From contig JBBUBA010000022.1 of NCBI GenBank assembly GCA_038058485.1, positions 1 to 43,163 on the forward strand: DNA of 43,163 bases, in the 5' to 3' direction. Position numbers and translations under genes: made by a program. This DNA comes from Patescibacteria group bacterium. Lineage in GTDB: Bacteria; Patescibacteriota; Minisyncoccia; Phycocordibacterales; Zambryskibacteraceae. How positions within the stretch are numbered: position 1 is the stretch's first letter; every line of letters begins with the position of its first letter. Under the pieces are notes generated by a model that worked only from the letters and a program-made list of their open reading frames with translations, did not search any database and was not told the DNA's origin. This document shows, piece by piece, positions 6,971 to 15,847 of this stretch.

Positions 6971-8572
6971 TCAGGCTGCGGCTTTTTCTTCCGTTTGAAG
7001 CAAGTGTCTAAGTCGATTTTTGACAACCTGTTCGATGCGATTAATATATTCTGTATGCCCAGGGAGATCTCCAGAACTATGGAAAACCTTATCCGGATTT
7101 GTAGTTCCTTGAGATTTTCCCCGACCTTTTATTTCTAATGGTAATCTTCCTCTGTAGTACAAAACTTTAGATGGGCGAAGTCCTGGATTATGTTTGAAAA
7201 CATTTTCCCAATATTCTTGGCTAGTTACGGTTGATTCAGGCCTCATAAATACCTCTCCAGCTCTTTCATAAGACTTTTTAAAAAATAGTTCTACAGTCTC
7301 GATATCCAAATACATCAAATTCCCATCTTCTTGAAAAAACTCGAGAAAGACTTTCTTGGAATCAAAACCGAGTCTTTTAATAAATTCTTCTGATGGATCA
7401 AAGCTCCAACCTTTTTCATTTCTTATGACTCTCAGTTCTTTAAGAGCCAGGAGAACATCTTTTTCATTTCTTCTTACAAAATTCATTTGCTCTAAAATCC
7501 TTGGATTGGGCACGGGTTTGCCTTTAGCATCCAGAACATATTGGGAGCCGCTTACTGGGTCTACCTCTATATTCTCTGGAATACATACCAACCCAGCATT
7601 CACAGGAATCCCTCTTCCTTCGTTCCATACAAAAACATCATTGTCATAGTCCTCTCGCTCGTTACCAGTTTTCTGAAGTTCTTCTTCTGGAGCTCGCGCT
7701 TTACTTCTGTGAAAATAATTCTTTGAAACGAATTCGGCTGGATAGTAGAAATAAATGTCATAGCCTCGTTCCGCTCCATACATTTTTCCCAACACTTCAT
7801 TAAACCCGAAGTGTACTGAAGAAAGTTCTGCGGCAGGTCTTCCTTCCGCACTCAACTCTGTTCTTTCAATACCCTCCCAAATATCATCTACTATTTTTTC
7901 ATTTGATATTTGTGGGTTCAGCATTCTTAGAACTTCGATACTTTTCTTCAAATATCCGTCAATGTGTGGATTTCCTGACTCTAATCCACTAAGGTAAGAG
8001 ACCAGTTTCTTCTCTTTCAATATCTCAACAAAATTATTATGGAATTCTCCATCTCCCATTGATCCATACCCAGATGTAGAAGAGAAGCTTTTCTCTCGCA
8101 CTCCTTGCCTTGTAACATGAGACACAAAATTACCTGAAAGCCGTTTGAGAAGGATTAAATAATTTTCGAGATTCATTTCCGTCATCGCTTCCTCCGAAAG
8201 ATACTTTTCCTGTTCTTCTGGAGTGAGGGGTGACCTTTCAAGTACTTTCGCAAGCTCTCGCTCGAATCTTTCTTGGGCCTCCTTAATTAATTCTTCTTTC
8301 TTCTTACCCGCCACTTCGGCTAGTTTCGTTTCAAGTTCTTTGAGATATTGTCTTTCGAAAACGCGGTCAAAGAGACTTTCATGAAGTCTTTCGTATATCT
8401 CTTTAGCTCGATAGTCCTCTAAGAGCTCACTCCCCTCGAGTTCTTTGCCAGATGTCTTGAGTTTTCGTATCTTTCGAATTCTTTGGGCTGTCTCGTCTCT
8501 TAGTTCTGGGGCTAGTTCTTTTGAAAATCTTCTTTTTAAATTTTCGGGAGGAATTTCTGGTGCTTCAAACAT
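6971..8572 (-). CDS. hypothetical protein, 533 aa, charged coiled-coil-like N-terminus, no family recognised
   Basis: Long uninterrupted frame with backbone-like composition. No TM helices. No motif I can name. Confidence 0.7.
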   Translation of the reverse strand: MFEAPEIPPENLKRRFSKELAPELRDETAQRIRKIRKLKTSGKELEGSELLEDYRAKEIYERLHESLFDRVFERQYLKELETKLAEVAGKKKEELIKEAQERFERELAKVLERSPLTPEEQEKYLSEEAMTEMNLENYLILLKRLSGNFVSHVTRQGVREKSFSSTSGYGSMGDGEFHNNFVEILKEKKLVSYLSGLESGNPHIDGYLKKSIEVLRMLNPQISNEKIVDDIWEGIERTELSAEGRPAAELSSVHFGFNEVLGKMYGAERGYDIYFYYPAEFVSKNYFHRSKARAPEEELQKTGNEREDYDNDVFVWNEGRGIPVNAGLVCIPENIEVDPVSGSQYVLDAKGKPVPNPRILEQMNFVRRNEKDVLLALKELRVIRNEKGWSFDPSEEFIKRLGFDSKKVFLEFFQEDGNLMYLDIETVELFFKKSYERAGEVFMRPESTVTSQEYWENVFKHNPGLRPSKVLYYRGRLPLEIKGRGKSQGTTNPDKVFHSSGDLPGHTEYINRIEQVVKNRLRHLLQTEEKAAA

Positions 8573-8581
8573 TGTTTTAAA

Positions 8582-11074
8582 TTACAAACAGATGAGCGAC
8601 GCGAGACTATCTCCTTCGCGGAGCTTCATGATGCGAACTCCTTGGGTAGAACGGCCAAGGATTGGAATTTCCTTGAGGTCCACACGAACAACTTGAGATT
8701 TTTTTGAAATTGCTACCACTTCCGATTCTTCTTCCGTCACAATTTGACTCCCCATCACCACACCAGTTTTAGTTGTAACTTTGGAAGTCAGAATTCCGCT
8801 TCCTCCCCTACCTTGGATTTTATATTCACCTATTTCTGTGCGCTTACCATAACCGTTGGCCGAAATAACTAAGAGGCAAGAACTCTTCCACTCTGGTTTT
8901 ATAACGTGCGCCGCCACTACCTCATCCCCGCCCGAACGACCGTTCGGTCGGGCGGGTTTTTTATCCAATTTAATCGCGCGGACTCCACCAGCCGCTCGCC
9001 CCATCTCACGAATATCAGAATCTTTAAATCTGATAGACATACCTTCTTTGGTAACCAGAGAGATTGTATCGCCCTTTTGGGCATGTCCTACTGCAATGAG
9101 TTTGTCGTTAGCATCAAGACGAATGGCAATGATGCCACTGGCCCGAACATCATGGAAGGATTGGGCCGAGACACGCTTTCCCACTCCATCTTTTGTCACC
9201 ATGAAGAGCGACCCCTCGATATTCTTTTGTTCTTTAGGCATGGCGAGAATCGAGGTGACTTTCTCATCATCACTTAGAGAAATGAAGTTCATGATGGACT
9301 TACCTCTCGTGGCGCGCTTCCCTTCCGGGATGTCATACATCTTTATTTGGTAAGCCTTACCCTTATCAGTGAAGAAGAGAAGGTCTGAGTGGGTAGAAGC
9401 TGTCAGGAAAATGGTTACAAAATCTTCTTCTTTGGTATCCAAATCAATCACTCCCACTCCTCCTCTTTTTTGCTTTTTATATTCGTCAGGATTTGTGCGC
9501 TTAACGTACCCACCAGAAGTCAAGACCAGGGCTTGCTCTTCGTCTGGGATAAGATCCTCGACCGAGATAACCTTGGCTCCACCCTTAACTACCTTAGTTC
9601 TTCTCTCATCACCGAATTGATCTTGGACCCTGATAAGTTCATCTTTTATAACTCCTCTAATTTTTTTCGGGGAAGAAAGAAGGTCTTTAAGGTTCTCTAT
9701 GAAAAACTGTGCTTCTTTGAGCTCATCTTCAACTTTTTGCCTCTCAAGTCCGGCCAGTTTTTGCAAACGCATCTCAAGAATGGCGTTGGCCTGAAGTTCG
9801 GAGAATTTATACTGCTTCATGAGCGCTGTGCGAGCGTCATCAACAGTCTTGGAGGCTCTAATGAGCTTTACTATCTCATCGATGTGATCAAGAGCCTTCT
9901 TGAGCCCAAGCAAGATGTGTTCTCGCGCCTCGGCTTGTTTAAGATCAAAAGCACTGCGTCTCTTGACCACTTCCTCGCGATGCTTGACGAATTCCATAAG
10001 CATCGACTTCAAACTCATTGTCTGTGGCACACCATCAACCAGCGCCACCATGTTGACGTGGAAAGTTTCCTCAAGTTGCGTGTGTTTGTACAAAGCATTT
10101 AAAACTTTTTGTGGTTGACTACCTTGTTTTAAATCAATAGCGATACGAATGTCTTTAGTCGATTCGTCACGAAGAGCTTTGATGCCTTCGACTCTTTTCT
10201 CACGTACAAGGTCGGCAATTTTTTCAATCAGATCAGCTTTGTTCACCCTATAAGGGATTTCTGAAATGATTATTTGATTTCCACTCTTCCCTTCTTCAAC
10301 AATTTCTGAAACTCCTCGCATCAATATCCCTCCACGACCAGTGGCGTAAACATGGGCGATGTCCCTTTGATTAAAAATGATTCCTCCAGTTGGAAAGTCA
10401 GGGCCCTTCACAAACTCAAGAAGGTCTTCGGTAGTCGCTTCCGGATCATTGATAAGAAGGATAACCGCATCCACCACTTCGTTAAGATTGTGTGGAGGAA
10501 TGTTGGTGGCCATACCAACGGCAATACCCAAAGTACCATTCAAAAGAAGGTTGGGAGCGGCGCTCGGCAACACTACAGGTTCCTTTTTGGTACCGTCGTA
10601 ATTGGGACGGAAATCTACCGTATCTTTTTCTATATCGGCCAAAAGTTCTCCGGACAACTTACTCATCTTGGCCTCTGTGTATCTGTAGGCCGCCGCTCCA
10701 TCACCATCGATAGAACCAAAGTTTCCTTGGCCGATGACTAATGGGTACCGAGTGGAGAAATCTTGAGCGAGCTTAACCATCGCATCATAAACGGAAGCAT
10801 CTCCATGTGGGTGATACGAACCAAGCACCTCTCCAACGACAGTGGCCGACTTCCGAGTCTTCGACGAAGCCGAAAGACCGATTTGATTCATAGCGTAGAG
10901 AATGCGACGATGCACTGGTTTCAACCCATCGCGGACATCAGGGAGAGCACGGTCGGTAATAACCGACATGGCATAGTCGATGAAAGACTCCTTCATCTCG
11001 CTCACTATCGAACGTGAGACTACCCGCCCACCGGACTCGGCGGGCAAGCTTTGTTTATGTTCACTATTTGCCAT
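8582..11074 (-). CDS. gyrA: DNA gyrase subunit A
   Basis: [20 protein letters not shown] and GNFGSIDGD motifs, plus C-terminal beta-pinwheel repeats. 830 aa. Confidence 0.97.
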   Translation of the reverse strand: MANSEHKQSLPAESGGRVVSRSIVSEMKESFIDYAMSVITDRALPDVRDGLKPVHRRILYAMNQIGLSASSKTRKSATVVGEVLGSYHPHGDASVYDAMVKLAQDFSTRYPLVIGQGNFGSIDGDGAAAYRYTEAKMSKLSGELLADIEKDTVDFRPNYDGTKKEPVVLPSAAPNLLLNGTLGIAVGMATNIPPHNLNEVVDAVILLINDPEATTEDLLEFVKGPDFPTGGIIFNQRDIAHVYATGRGGILMRGVSEIVEEGKSGNQIIISEIPYRVNKADLIEKIADLVREKRVEGIKALRDESTKDIRIAIDLKQGSQPQKVLNALYKHTQLEETFHVNMVALVDGVPQTMSLKSMLMEFVKHREEVVKRRSAFDLKQAEAREHILLGLKKALDHIDEIVKLIRASKTVDDARTALMKQYKFSELQANAILEMRLQKLAGLERQKVEDELKEAQFFIENLKDLLSSPKKIRGVIKDELIRVQDQFGDERRTKVVKGGAKVISVEDLIPDEEQALVLTSGGYVKRTNPDEYKKQKRGGVGVIDLDTKEEDFVTIFLTASTHSDLLFFTDKGKAYQIKMYDIPEGKRATRGKSIMNFISLSDDEKVTSILAMPKEQKNIEGSLFMVTKDGVGKRVSAQSFHDVRASGIIAIRLDANDKLIAVGHAQKGDTISLVTKEGMSIRFKDSDIREMGRAAGGVRAIKLDKKPARPNGRSGGDEVVAAHVIKPEWKSSCLLVISANGYGKRTEIGEYKIQGRGGSGILTSKVTTKTGVVMGSQIVTEEESEVVAISKKSQVVRVDLKEIPILGRSTQGVRIMKLREGDSLASLICL

Positions 11075-11327
11075 CTGAAATTAATTTCTCCAGAGATTTC
11101 CAAGATGATCTAATCCCCTCAAAAGCTCCAGCAATGGATGACGATTCAACTGTCGCTGCTAGATTAACAGGACCAGTAGAATCTTTCGCAATTTGTGGTT
11201 CGCCTCCAAATCTGACAAAAGACCAGATAGCAAATATAGCAAGGGTTACGCCACCAGAAGCAAGGATAGCAAAGCGCTTCTTGTGAGAAGGGGTCTTGGT
11301 ATGAAGTTCTCTTAAATATTTACGCAT
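11064..11327 (-). CDS. small single-TM protein
   Basis: 87 aa with a basic N-terminus and one TM helix. Overlaps the gyrA start by 11 nt. Confidence 0.5.
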   Translation of the reverse strand: MRKYLRELHTKTPSHKKRFAILASGGVTLAIFAIWSFVRFGGEPQIAKDSTGPVNLAATVESSSIAGAFEGIRSSWKSLEKLISDGK

Positions 11328-11345
11328 GTTATTTAATTTTTTATT

Positions 11346-11885
11346 CTACTCTTCCTTTAATACTACTATTTCTCCCTCCTTGCCATCTAGGTCTTTCTTT
11401 TTTACCACGAGTTTGTCGAGTGGCTTTATGTCATCCTCGCCCGTCTCCTTCAAGAACTTCTTTAGAGTTTCTGGAGTGTAACTGGTGGGGATGATGATGG
11501 CCGGTTCAAGTGAGACCGCCAACTTGTAATTAGATACTGGGGCGAAGAGTATGTCTATATCCTCAAGTTGTCCAAGAGTCTCTGACGACAATTCTGAATC
11601 GGTGAGAGACCCTAGGAAACAGAGATTGACTCCCTCAAAGTTCAAAACATAAACCGTGTTTATCTTTTTATCATTTGTATAAGAAAGAAGACCTTTGACG
11701 GAAATGTCTTTTATTTCGTACTCGCCTGGACCACTTATGACAAATCCTGACTTATCGGAAGTTTCCTCGTGTCCAACGTTAAAAAGAGTGATGTCGGCTG
11801 AAATTTTTGATTTTGGGTTAATGACAAGAGAGAGCTCTCCTTGAGAAACCTTGAAGGAATCATCACCCTGAAATGTGATTACCAT
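11346..11885 (-). CDS. hypothetical protein, possibly a degenerate MBL-fold/UPF0173-like protein
   Basis: Start taken at MVITFQGDDSFKV. A TTGTAT-17-TAAAAT box ends 7 nt before this ATG (leaderless-like). The HxHxDH motif is not evident. Confidence 0.5.
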   Translation of the reverse strand: MVITFQGDDSFKVSQGELSLVINPKSKISADITLFNVGHEETSDKSGFVISGPGEYEIKDISVKGLLSYTNDKKINTVYVLNFEGVNLCFLGSLTDSELSSETLGQLEDIDILFAPVSNYKLAVSLEPAIIIPTSYTPETLKKFLKETGEDDIKPLDKLVVKKKDLDGKEGEIVVLKEE

Positions 11886-12156
11886 TAGCCCTATTTTAGC
11901 ATATTTGAGGCTAAAATACAAGTATTTGGTCTTTGTTCTCTTTTGTGTTAAGGTTGCTTTCATGGGCAATCTGGCCTGCCTGCTATCGAGCAGGAATTAA
12001 TAATCTCCTGTTTCGTTACCCCTCAAGGTTCGGCAACCACTGAAGCAACCCGAGGACCGAAACAGGCTCAAAAATTTGTCATTATTTGGAATTGGAAAGA
12101 AAGTAGTAGGGGTAGAGGAAACTAAAGCAGACATTGTTGTGCCTGTTTTCTCGTTC

Positions 12157-13206
12157 ATGGGCAAGCTTGTGGAAAAGTCCCCTGCTCCGCCTAAAGTTGA
12201 TGACGTGATAGAAGGTCCTGTCCTCTCTATAGACAAGGGGGCAGTCTACATTGACCTTCCACCATTTGGCACAGGTATTATCTACGGTCGCGAGTTTATG
12301 AATGCTCGTGACATTATCAAGAAAATAAATGTTGGTGACACTGTCGCGGGCAAAGTAGTCAGTATCGGTGGAGAAGATGGCTATATTGAGATCTCTCTCA
12401 AGGAAGCACGTCAAGCTCTCATCTGGAGCGAAGCCGAAGACGCTATCCGAGAAAAGCGAATCTACGATCTGCCAGTGACCGATGCTAACAAGGGTGGACT
12501 CATCCTCAATTGGCAAGGTATTCAAGGTTTCCTCCCAGCCTCACAACTCAAACCAGAACATTATCCAAGAGTAACAGACGGCGACAAGGACAAAATCTTG
12601 GATGAACTTAGGAAACTGGTTGGAGAAAAACTTTCTGTCACTATCATCGGCGCCACACCAAAGGAAGGAAAACTCATCTTCTCTGAAAAGTCCCCGGAAA
12701 CAAAAAGCAAAGAAAACATTATTCAGAAATACACTTTGGGTGATGAACTGACTGGAGAAGTTACTGGCCTTGTAGACTTTGGTGTCTTTATCAAACTTGA
12801 GGAAGGTCTTGAGGGGCTGGTACATATCTCCGAGATTGATTGGGGCTTGGTAGAAAATCCAAAAACGATGTTTAGAATTGGAGAAAAAGTCAAAGTAAAG
12901 ATAATAGAAATCAAAGACGATAAAATCTCCCTCTCCATCAAGGCACTAAAAGAAAATCCTTGGAAGGATGCCTCAAAGAATTACAAAAAAGATGATGTGG
13001 TAGAAGGTGTCATCATCAAATACAACAAACATGGTGCTCTGGCTTCAATAGAAGAGGGTGTAGCGGGATTAGTACACGTCTCTGAATTTGGTTCTGAAGA
13101 AAAGCTTCGTGAGACTCTTGAGATGGGCAAATCCTACCCGTTCAAAATCACTCTTTTTGATCCGAAAGAGCAGAAAATGGCTCTCTCGTACGTGGAAAAG
13201 AAATAG
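12157..13206 (+). CDS. rpsA: 30S ribosomal protein S1 (four S1 domains)
   Basis: Repeated S1-domain pattern (G..V.G.V......G..V.L....G..H.SE). The frame is open from TTG at 12076, but I prefer the ATG at 12157 (MGKLVEK..PKVDDVIEG). Confidence 0.85.
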   Translation: MGKLVEKSPAPPKVDDVIEGPVLSIDKGAVYIDLPPFGTGIIYGREFMNARDIIKKINVGDTVAGKVVSIGGEDGYIEISLKEARQALIWSEAEDAIREKRIYDLPVTDANKGGLILNWQGIQGFLPASQLKPEHYPRVTDGDKDKILDELRKLVGEKLSVTIIGATPKEGKLIFSEKSPETKSKENIIQKYTLGDELTGEVTGLVDFGVFIKLEEGLEGLVHISEIDWGLVENPKTMFRIGEKVKVKIIEIKDDKISLSIKALKENPWKDASKNYKKDDVVEGVIIKYNKHGALASIEEGVAGLVHVSEFGSEEKLRETLEMGKSYPFKITLFDPKEQKMALSYVEKK

Positions 13207-13336
13207 GAACAGCTTCTAGGTTTCAGCTGCTAGCTTCTAGCTTTAATTTTTCTATCTAAATACTGGCTACGTTGAAACAATGCTATAGCGTTTCTACAAC
13301 GTATTATTGGATTTTTTAAATTTCTAAATTTTAGGC

Positions 13337-13361
13337 ACCACAGAGGATCCTCCTATGGGGT
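13337..13361. repeat. left copy of a perfect 25-nt direct repeat ACCACAGAGGATCCTCCTATGGGGT
   Basis: Identical 25-mer at 14648-14672. Confidence 0.95.
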
Positions 13362-13699
13362 TAATCGTGATTTCTTTCTAAAACTCGATGAATGGTACTC
13401 TTAGCAACTTTGGTTCCTTGTCTTTCTAGTTCTAGATGTATCGCTTCAATACATCTCTTATTTTTTCTTCTTATATCTAGAATCTTTTCTTCCAGCTCTC
13501 GTGGTATTTTTCCTGGAACGCTCTTCGGAACAGGAGATTGAGTGAGTATCGGCACATCTCCAACCTTCTTAGCTTTCCTAACCCACTTCATGATAGCTGT
13601 GTGGTGACACCCGGTGTACCTAGCGATCTTTCTGGCACTCCAGCCCTCGAAATACAGTCTGGCAACATCCCTCCTAATCCGAGGCATGTTCTTATTCAT
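13361..13699 (-). pseudogene. IS481-type transposase, N-terminal HTH part only (no DDE domain)
   Basis: MNKNMPRIRRDVARLYFEGWSARKIARYTG..ILTQSPVPKS..EEKILDIRR..STIHRVLERNHD resembles IS481-family N-termini. The frame stops exactly at the left repeat. Confidence 0.6.
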
Positions 13700-13766
13700 G
13701 ATGTATGACATTACTCGATAATAAATCACCAAAGCGGTGCCAAGGTGGTGGAGGATTACGTACCAC

Positions 13767-13795
13767 TTGACAGAACAAACTAAGTATGATAGTAT
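13767..13795 (+). promoter_or_regulatory. promoter TTGACA-17-TAGTAT (cassette C1)
   Basis: Hexamers with a 17-nt spacer. AGGAGA SD upstream of the ATG at 13875. Confidence 0.5.
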
Positions 13796-13874
13796 GGAAA
13801 GGTAGTTCTTTGGCAGTATCCCGGCCGAGAGGCCACTCACAAAACCCGAGAGGGTTAACCAGGAGACTGGCTCC

Positions 13875-14279
13875 ATGTTCGAAATTCCGGATGACATCGC
13901 GGCACAACTCCGACTGGGTTCGAAGAACCTTGATCGGATGAGTGGAGACATCAACGATACCGTCAGAATAGTCTTCGGTCTCATCAACATCTTCACTCTC
14001 GATGATGTTGGGATTATCATCAAGACCCAGGATTTAATCTGGACGATACGTGGTAACAAGGGCGAACGATCGATCGAGTTGCTTGAAGTGTCAACGAACG
14101 CGGCAATTCTTTGGAATCAGAGCCCGTGGACAAACAGAGACGTGGGAAGTCGATTGGTCCAGTCTACTCATGAATCTCTGGACCACTTTGTTTCTCAAGT
14201 CTTGAGAGAGTGTCCCATTGTAGTTTCCGGTACACGACACTACAAGGCTCTTATCAGGGCCGCCAAGAAGCAGTTCTGA
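13875..14279 (+). CDS. hypothetical soluble protein, 134 aa
   Basis: ATG with SD. Plus-strand polarity is supported by the promoter and the strong downstream terminator. No family recognised. Confidence 0.55.
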   Translation: MFEIPDDIAAQLRLGSKNLDRMSGDINDTVRIVFGLINIFTLDDVGIIIKTQDLIWTIRGNKGERSIELLEVSTNAAILWNQSPWTNRDVGSRLVQSTHESLDHFVSQVLRECPIVVSGTRHYKALIRAAKKQF

Positions 14280-14287
14280 ATACACCT

Positions 14288-14338
14288 CCGCCCGACGGAG
14301 CCGCCCGGCTCACACGTCGGGCGGTTTCTTTTTTTTCT
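14288..14338 (+). terminator. intrinsic terminator
   Basis: CCGCCCGACG ... CGTCGGGCGG 10-bp stem followed by TTTCTTTTTTTT. Confidence 0.75.
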
Positions 14339-14377
14339 TATTCTCAAATTCTTAAGAACATTGGAATAAAAACCTGA

Positions 14378-14406
14378 TTGACTCGGGAGTTTTTGTTTTG
14401 TAGTGT
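14378..14406 (+). promoter_or_regulatory. promoter TTGACT-17-TAGTGT (cassette C2)
   Basis: Hexamers with a 17-nt spacer. The GTG at 14403 proposed by the ORF track lies inside the -10 box. Confidence 0.5.
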
Positions 14407-14438
14407 CGAGAGAGGCTCCCTCCTACACGGAGAAAGCA

Positions 14439-14615
14439 ATGAGTGAGAATGATGAGCTTCCAACACACCTCTGCCACTACTGTGGCAAAACCTACACAGG
14501 GCCACTCGGCCAGCATGGTTGCGCTGAACAACTCGCGGAAGTAGCGAGGATGAAAGCTCGGAGAGATCGGCGCTATGGCAAGCTAGGTGCCATCAAGACC
14601 GCGAACGAAAAGTAA
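14439..14615 (+). CDS. 58-aa Cys/His-knuckle mini-protein (HLCHYCGK...HGC) with a basic tail
   Basis: ATG at 14439 lies 5 nt after GGAGA. Terminator hairpin overlaps the stop. Confidence 0.5.
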   Translation: MSENDELPTHLCHYCGKTYTGPLGQHGCAEQLAEVARMKARRDRRYGKLGAIKTANEK

Positions 14616-14628
14616 TCGCGGTCTTTTT
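14596..14628 (+). terminator. intrinsic terminator
   Basis: AGACCGCGA / TCGCGGTCT 9-bp stem followed by TTTTT. Confidence 0.65.
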
Positions 14629-14647
14629 CTTTATGATAATTCAGTTT

Positions 14648-14672
14648 ACCACAGAGGATCCTCCTATGGGGT
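14648..14672. repeat. right copy of the perfect 25-nt direct repeat
   Basis: Identical to 13337-13361. Ends 4 nt from the pth stop codon. Confidence 0.95.
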
Positions 14673-14675
14673 AAA

Positions 14676-15164
14676 TTACCCGTTGAATTGGGTTTGGGCT
14701 GATTGGAGACTGTCGGAGATTATAACTTCCACTGCAGTCACGACATTTTTGAAAACTTTTTTGAGGGTTTCCTTTTCGGTTGGAGTAAATTTGCCCAGAA
14801 TGTGTTTTTCTATATCACTCTTCTTCCCTATTCCAATTCTTATCCTAATAAATTCTTTAGTTTTGACGGCACGAATAACAGACTCAAGACCTTTGTGCCC
14901 GCCAGAGCCTCTGTTCCAAGATATTTTCATCGTTCCCACCGGTAAATCTAAGTCATCATGAATGACAATCAATTTCTCGGCTGCCTTCTTACTTTTGATT
15001 ACTTTAGCCACAGCTACTCCCGATTTATTCATAAATGTGTCCTGATGAATAAACTTGGCCTTCACCTCTTTCTTTTCTAGAGCCTCAACTGCCATCTTTC
15101 CCGTGTTGTGACGAGTTAGAACATACTCTTCGCCCGGATTGCCTAGTCCAATTATTGTGTACAT
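14676..15164 (-). CDS. pth: peptidyl-tRNA hydrolase
   Basis: MYTIIGLGNPGEEYVLTRHNTG.. N-terminus. Start taken at this Met rather than 15182. Confidence 0.9.
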   Translation of the reverse strand: MYTIIGLGNPGEEYVLTRHNTGKMAVEALEKKEVKAKFIHQDTFMNKSGVAVAKVIKSKKAAEKLIVIHDDLDLPVGTMKISWNRGSGGHKGLESVIRAVKTKEFIRIRIGIGKKSDIEKHILGKFTPTEKETLKKVFKNVVTAVEVIISDSLQSAQTQFNG

Positions 15165-15194
15165 CTCTGTATTGTAATACAATGTCCGAAAATT

Positions 15195-15779
15195 ATGGAA
15201 CCGAATACCACCCCTGCTCCTGTTCCAGAGAAAGAAACAAGTTTTTGGAAGGAATTAGTGAAGCTGGCAGTGATTGCCGTGGTTATCATTATTCCCTTTC
15301 GTCTTTATATCGCACAGCCATTCGTGGTAGATGGAGCCTCAATGGATCCAACCTTCAGAAACGGGCAGTATCTCGTGGTGGATGAGTTCTCCTACCATTT
15401 TAAGACCCCCATTAGAGGATCTGTGCTTATTTTTAGATACCCTAAGGATCCTAAAAAATATTTCATCAAGAGAGTGATTGGACTTCCAAATGAGCAGGTA
15501 GCAATCAACAATGGGGAGGTCACAATTATAAATACAGATAATCCAAAAGGATTCCTTCTCAATGAACCATACGTAAAACTAACAAAGGACGAAACTGAAA
15601 CTTACATTCTCAAAAGTAAGGAGTACTTTGTAATGGGAGACAACCGCGCTGGCAGTGCTGACTCGAGACTTTGGGGCCCGGTACCAGAGAAAAATATAAT
15701 TGGGCGCCCAATTGCTCGCCTTTGGCCTCTTGGTCTTTGGCCAGGAGTAGAACCAGAATACACAAATGCGTCCCATTAG
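15195..15779 (+). CDS. lepB: signal peptidase I
   Basis: N-terminal TM, catalytic-Ser box DGASMDPTF and GDNRAGSADSR box. Confidence 0.9.
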   Translation: MEPNTTPAPVPEKETSFWKELVKLAVIAVVIIIPFRLYIAQPFVVDGASMDPTFRNGQYLVVDEFSYHFKTPIRGSVLIFRYPKDPKKYFIKRVIGLPNEQVAINNGEVTIINTDNPKGFLLNEPYVKLTKDETETYILKSKEYFVMGDNRAGSADSRLWGPVPEKNIIGRPIARLWPLGLWPGVEPEYTNASH

Positions 15780-15847
15780 AAGCTCACTAGTACAAGCTAT
15801 GAAATTAAATCATTATCAGAAAGTAATAAGCACTAGCTTCTAACGGG
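15772..15847. repeat. 76-nt element X bounded by 13-nt inverted repeats CCCATTAGAAGCT / AGCTTCTAACGGG
   Basis: The left arm overlaps the lepB stop. The right arm abuts the ATG at 15848. 15762-15852 matches the reverse complement of 34942-35032 at 86 of 91 positions by hand alignment. Confidence 0.85.

Noticed and set aside
8856-10741. Multiple plus-strand ORFs (up to 237 aa) inside gyrA
   Set aside because: They are antisense to an unambiguous gyrA frame and have low-complexity, nonsensical sequences.
12076-12156. TTG 12076 as the rpsA start
   Set aside because: It has no SD and adds an atypical 27-aa extension. The ATG at 12157 gives a conventional S1 N-terminus. I cannot exclude the longer form.
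13700-14059. N-terminal 120-aa extension of the ORF 13361-14059
   Set aside because: The recognisable transposase HTH begins at the Met at 13699. The extension overlaps the plus-strand promoter and the start of the 13875 gene and has no recognisable features.
14403-14438. The GTG 14403 and ATG 17026 starts proposed by the ORF track
   Set aside because: Both lie inside the predicted -10 hexamers. Downstream ATGs (14439, 17065) have properly spaced GGAGA/GGAGG sites.
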